From NCBI GenBank assembly GCA_046350815.1, contig JAXLZO010000001.1, positions 960,001 through 992,000 on the forward strand: a stretch of 32,000 bases of DNA, in the 5' to 3' direction. The DNA comes from Candidatus Saccharimonadota bacterium (GTDB lineage: Bacteria > Patescibacteriota > Gracilibacteria > BD1-5 > UBA2023). Positions 31,118-32,000 of this stretch are shown here, one piece after another. Below the pieces are notes generated by a model that did not search any database, was not told the origin of the DNA, and saw only the letters and a program-made list of their open reading frames with translations. Position numbers and translations under genes: made by a program. Every line of letters begins with the position of its first letter. The stretch's first letter is position 1.

Positions 31118-31615
31118 TCATTTGAATCGCATGTAAGTACCATGCCACTCAAGATGATCACGAATCTTTTGCATCTTTTGCAACGAAACGGATTCACCGT
31201 TAATTGCAAAAAATACAGGAAGTAACGGGTTATATTTTATGACAGCCGTGTACTGTTCAAGCATGTCATCCAAAGCTTGAACAGCAGCATGACAGAAGTT
31301 ATCAGAGCGGTGCAAGATCTGATGCCAGCGCGCCCACGACGTATCATGCAGACGTTCATCAATCACAATCACCGTATCAGCCATAATCAGCTTGATGCGA
31401 AAATAGCTGTGACTCATAAGAGACGTGTAGAGTTTAAACTCAGCATATTCCGCAAAGCGTAATGTAGTTGCATTTGGCAGATGTTCTGTCGTAAAACGTT
31501 CACGACCGCCATCAAGAAACCGACGATAGAATGCATTTTTCACCCTTTCCTGCAAGGAAATCTTTGCAGGTTTTTTGCCAATGTGTGGCAAATATTGGTT
31601 AATACTCGAAGTCAT
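31118..31615 (-). CDS. hypothetical protein with standard-code gene signals (foreign-looking)
   Basis: 165-codon ORF with no in-frame TGA and glycines encoded only by GGC/GGT. AGGAGG lies 8 nt before the ATG. It ends in TGA directly followed by a terminator and uses more NNG/NNC codons than its neighbours. No family recognised. Confidence 0.7.
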   Translation of the reverse strand: MTSSINQYLPHIGKKPAKISLQERVKNAFYRRFLDGGRERFTTEHLPNATTLRFAEYAEFKLYTSLMSHSYFRIKLIMADTVIVIDERLHDTSWARWHQILHRSDNFCHAAVQALDDMLEQYTAVIKYNPLLPVFFAINGESVSLQKMQKIRDHLEWHGTYMRFK

Positions 31616-31623
31616 AAAGACTT

Positions 31624-31629
31624 CCTCCT
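31624..31629 (-). promoter_or_regulatory. Shine-Dalgarno AGGAGG
   Basis: The minus strand reads CAGGAGGAAGTCTTT-ATG. No comparable SD was seen in front of about 15 other start codons inspected in this window. Confidence 0.6.
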
Positions 31630-31659
31630 GAAATAGATATTTGTTTTTGTGGAACCGTT

Positions 31660-31686
31660 ATTCTATGGAAAAATGAATTTTGTCAA
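31660..31686 (-). promoter_or_regulatory. sigma70-like promoter TTGACA-N15-TAGAAT
   Basis: On the minus strand, TTGACA lies at 31686-31681 and TAGAAT at 31665-31660, upstream of the 31615 start. Confidence 0.4.
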
Positions 31687-31697
31687 ACAAAGCATAC

Positions 31698-32000
31698 TTA
31701 GAATATTTGCTTCTCTAGATCTTTACTTATTTTTCAGATATTCACCCCGCATCTCATAAAACAGATACCTAGAAAAGAAAGTATCAATGCAAATATAAGT
31801 TTAATAAATAAATCATTTCTATTTTCTTGCATTTTTTCTTTTAGGATATCTCAAGGGGAGAACGCATACTCACTTATGTAATCAAATTTAAAATCATGCA
31901 AATCTGTATAGGGAACAATTGTATTATTAATTTGCTTTCACAAAAGATACACCATTTTTCATCAACTGGTAATATAAAATTTTGCTCTTACATCTCATTC
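31698..32000 (-). CDS. possible hypothetical protein, 5' end outside window
   Basis: The frame is open from the window edge to TAA 31698-31700 if 5 TGA codons are read as sense. One hydrophobic segment (LFIKLIFALILSFLGICF). Support is weak. Confidence 0.2.

Noticed and set aside
31310-31330. RWHQILH in the foreign-looking protein as a HEPN Rx4-6H nuclease motif.
   Set aside because: This is a single short pattern match with an atypical residue after the Arg and no other HEPN features I can verify. It is not sufficient to assign a family.
1-32000. Translation table 4 (TGA=Trp, Mycoplasma-like) as an explanation for read-through.
   Set aside because: The TGA positions align with glycine in the HIGH region, KMSKS-GN, PGGC, GRHTTT and GRGAAGK motifs, not with tryptophan. 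The presence of murA and a type IV pilin also argues against Mollicutes.

Overview
AT-rich bacterial chromosome segment from an organism that reads TGA as glycine (NCBI translation table 25, as in Gracilibacteria/Absconditabacteria-SR1, CPR/Patescibacteria). The standard-code ORF track therefore looks shattered: valS, ftsK, murA, lysS, secF and others each appear as 2-6 pieces. Reading through in-frame TGA restores about 30 intact genes, and every one of them ends in TAA or TAG. 1-24.3 kb is mostly housekeeping: secF, a PrsW-like protease, murA, a short hrcA, ftsK, lysS, a LemA-like gene, valS, rpsB, tsf, a TfoX-N-like gene and an ABC exporter. Also here is a 647-aa type IV pilin-like protein carrying a BspA-type LRR domain. 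24.3-32 kb is accessory. It holds a frameshifted IS1595-family element abutting rsgA, an AT-rich stretch with a second IS1595 relic, and a minus-strand operon. The operon encodes a small coiled-coil protein, a classic-clade AAA+ ATPase and three tandem paralogous 2TM + coiled-coil proteins, with an 83-bp perfect duplication of the ATPase 3' end inside it. Next to it lies one gene that looks foreign: strong Shine-Dalgarno, TGA used as the stop, a GC-rich intrinsic terminator, no in-frame TGA and a different codon style. No rRNA, tRNA or CRISPR array was found. All family assignments come from reading motifs by eye; no database search was run.
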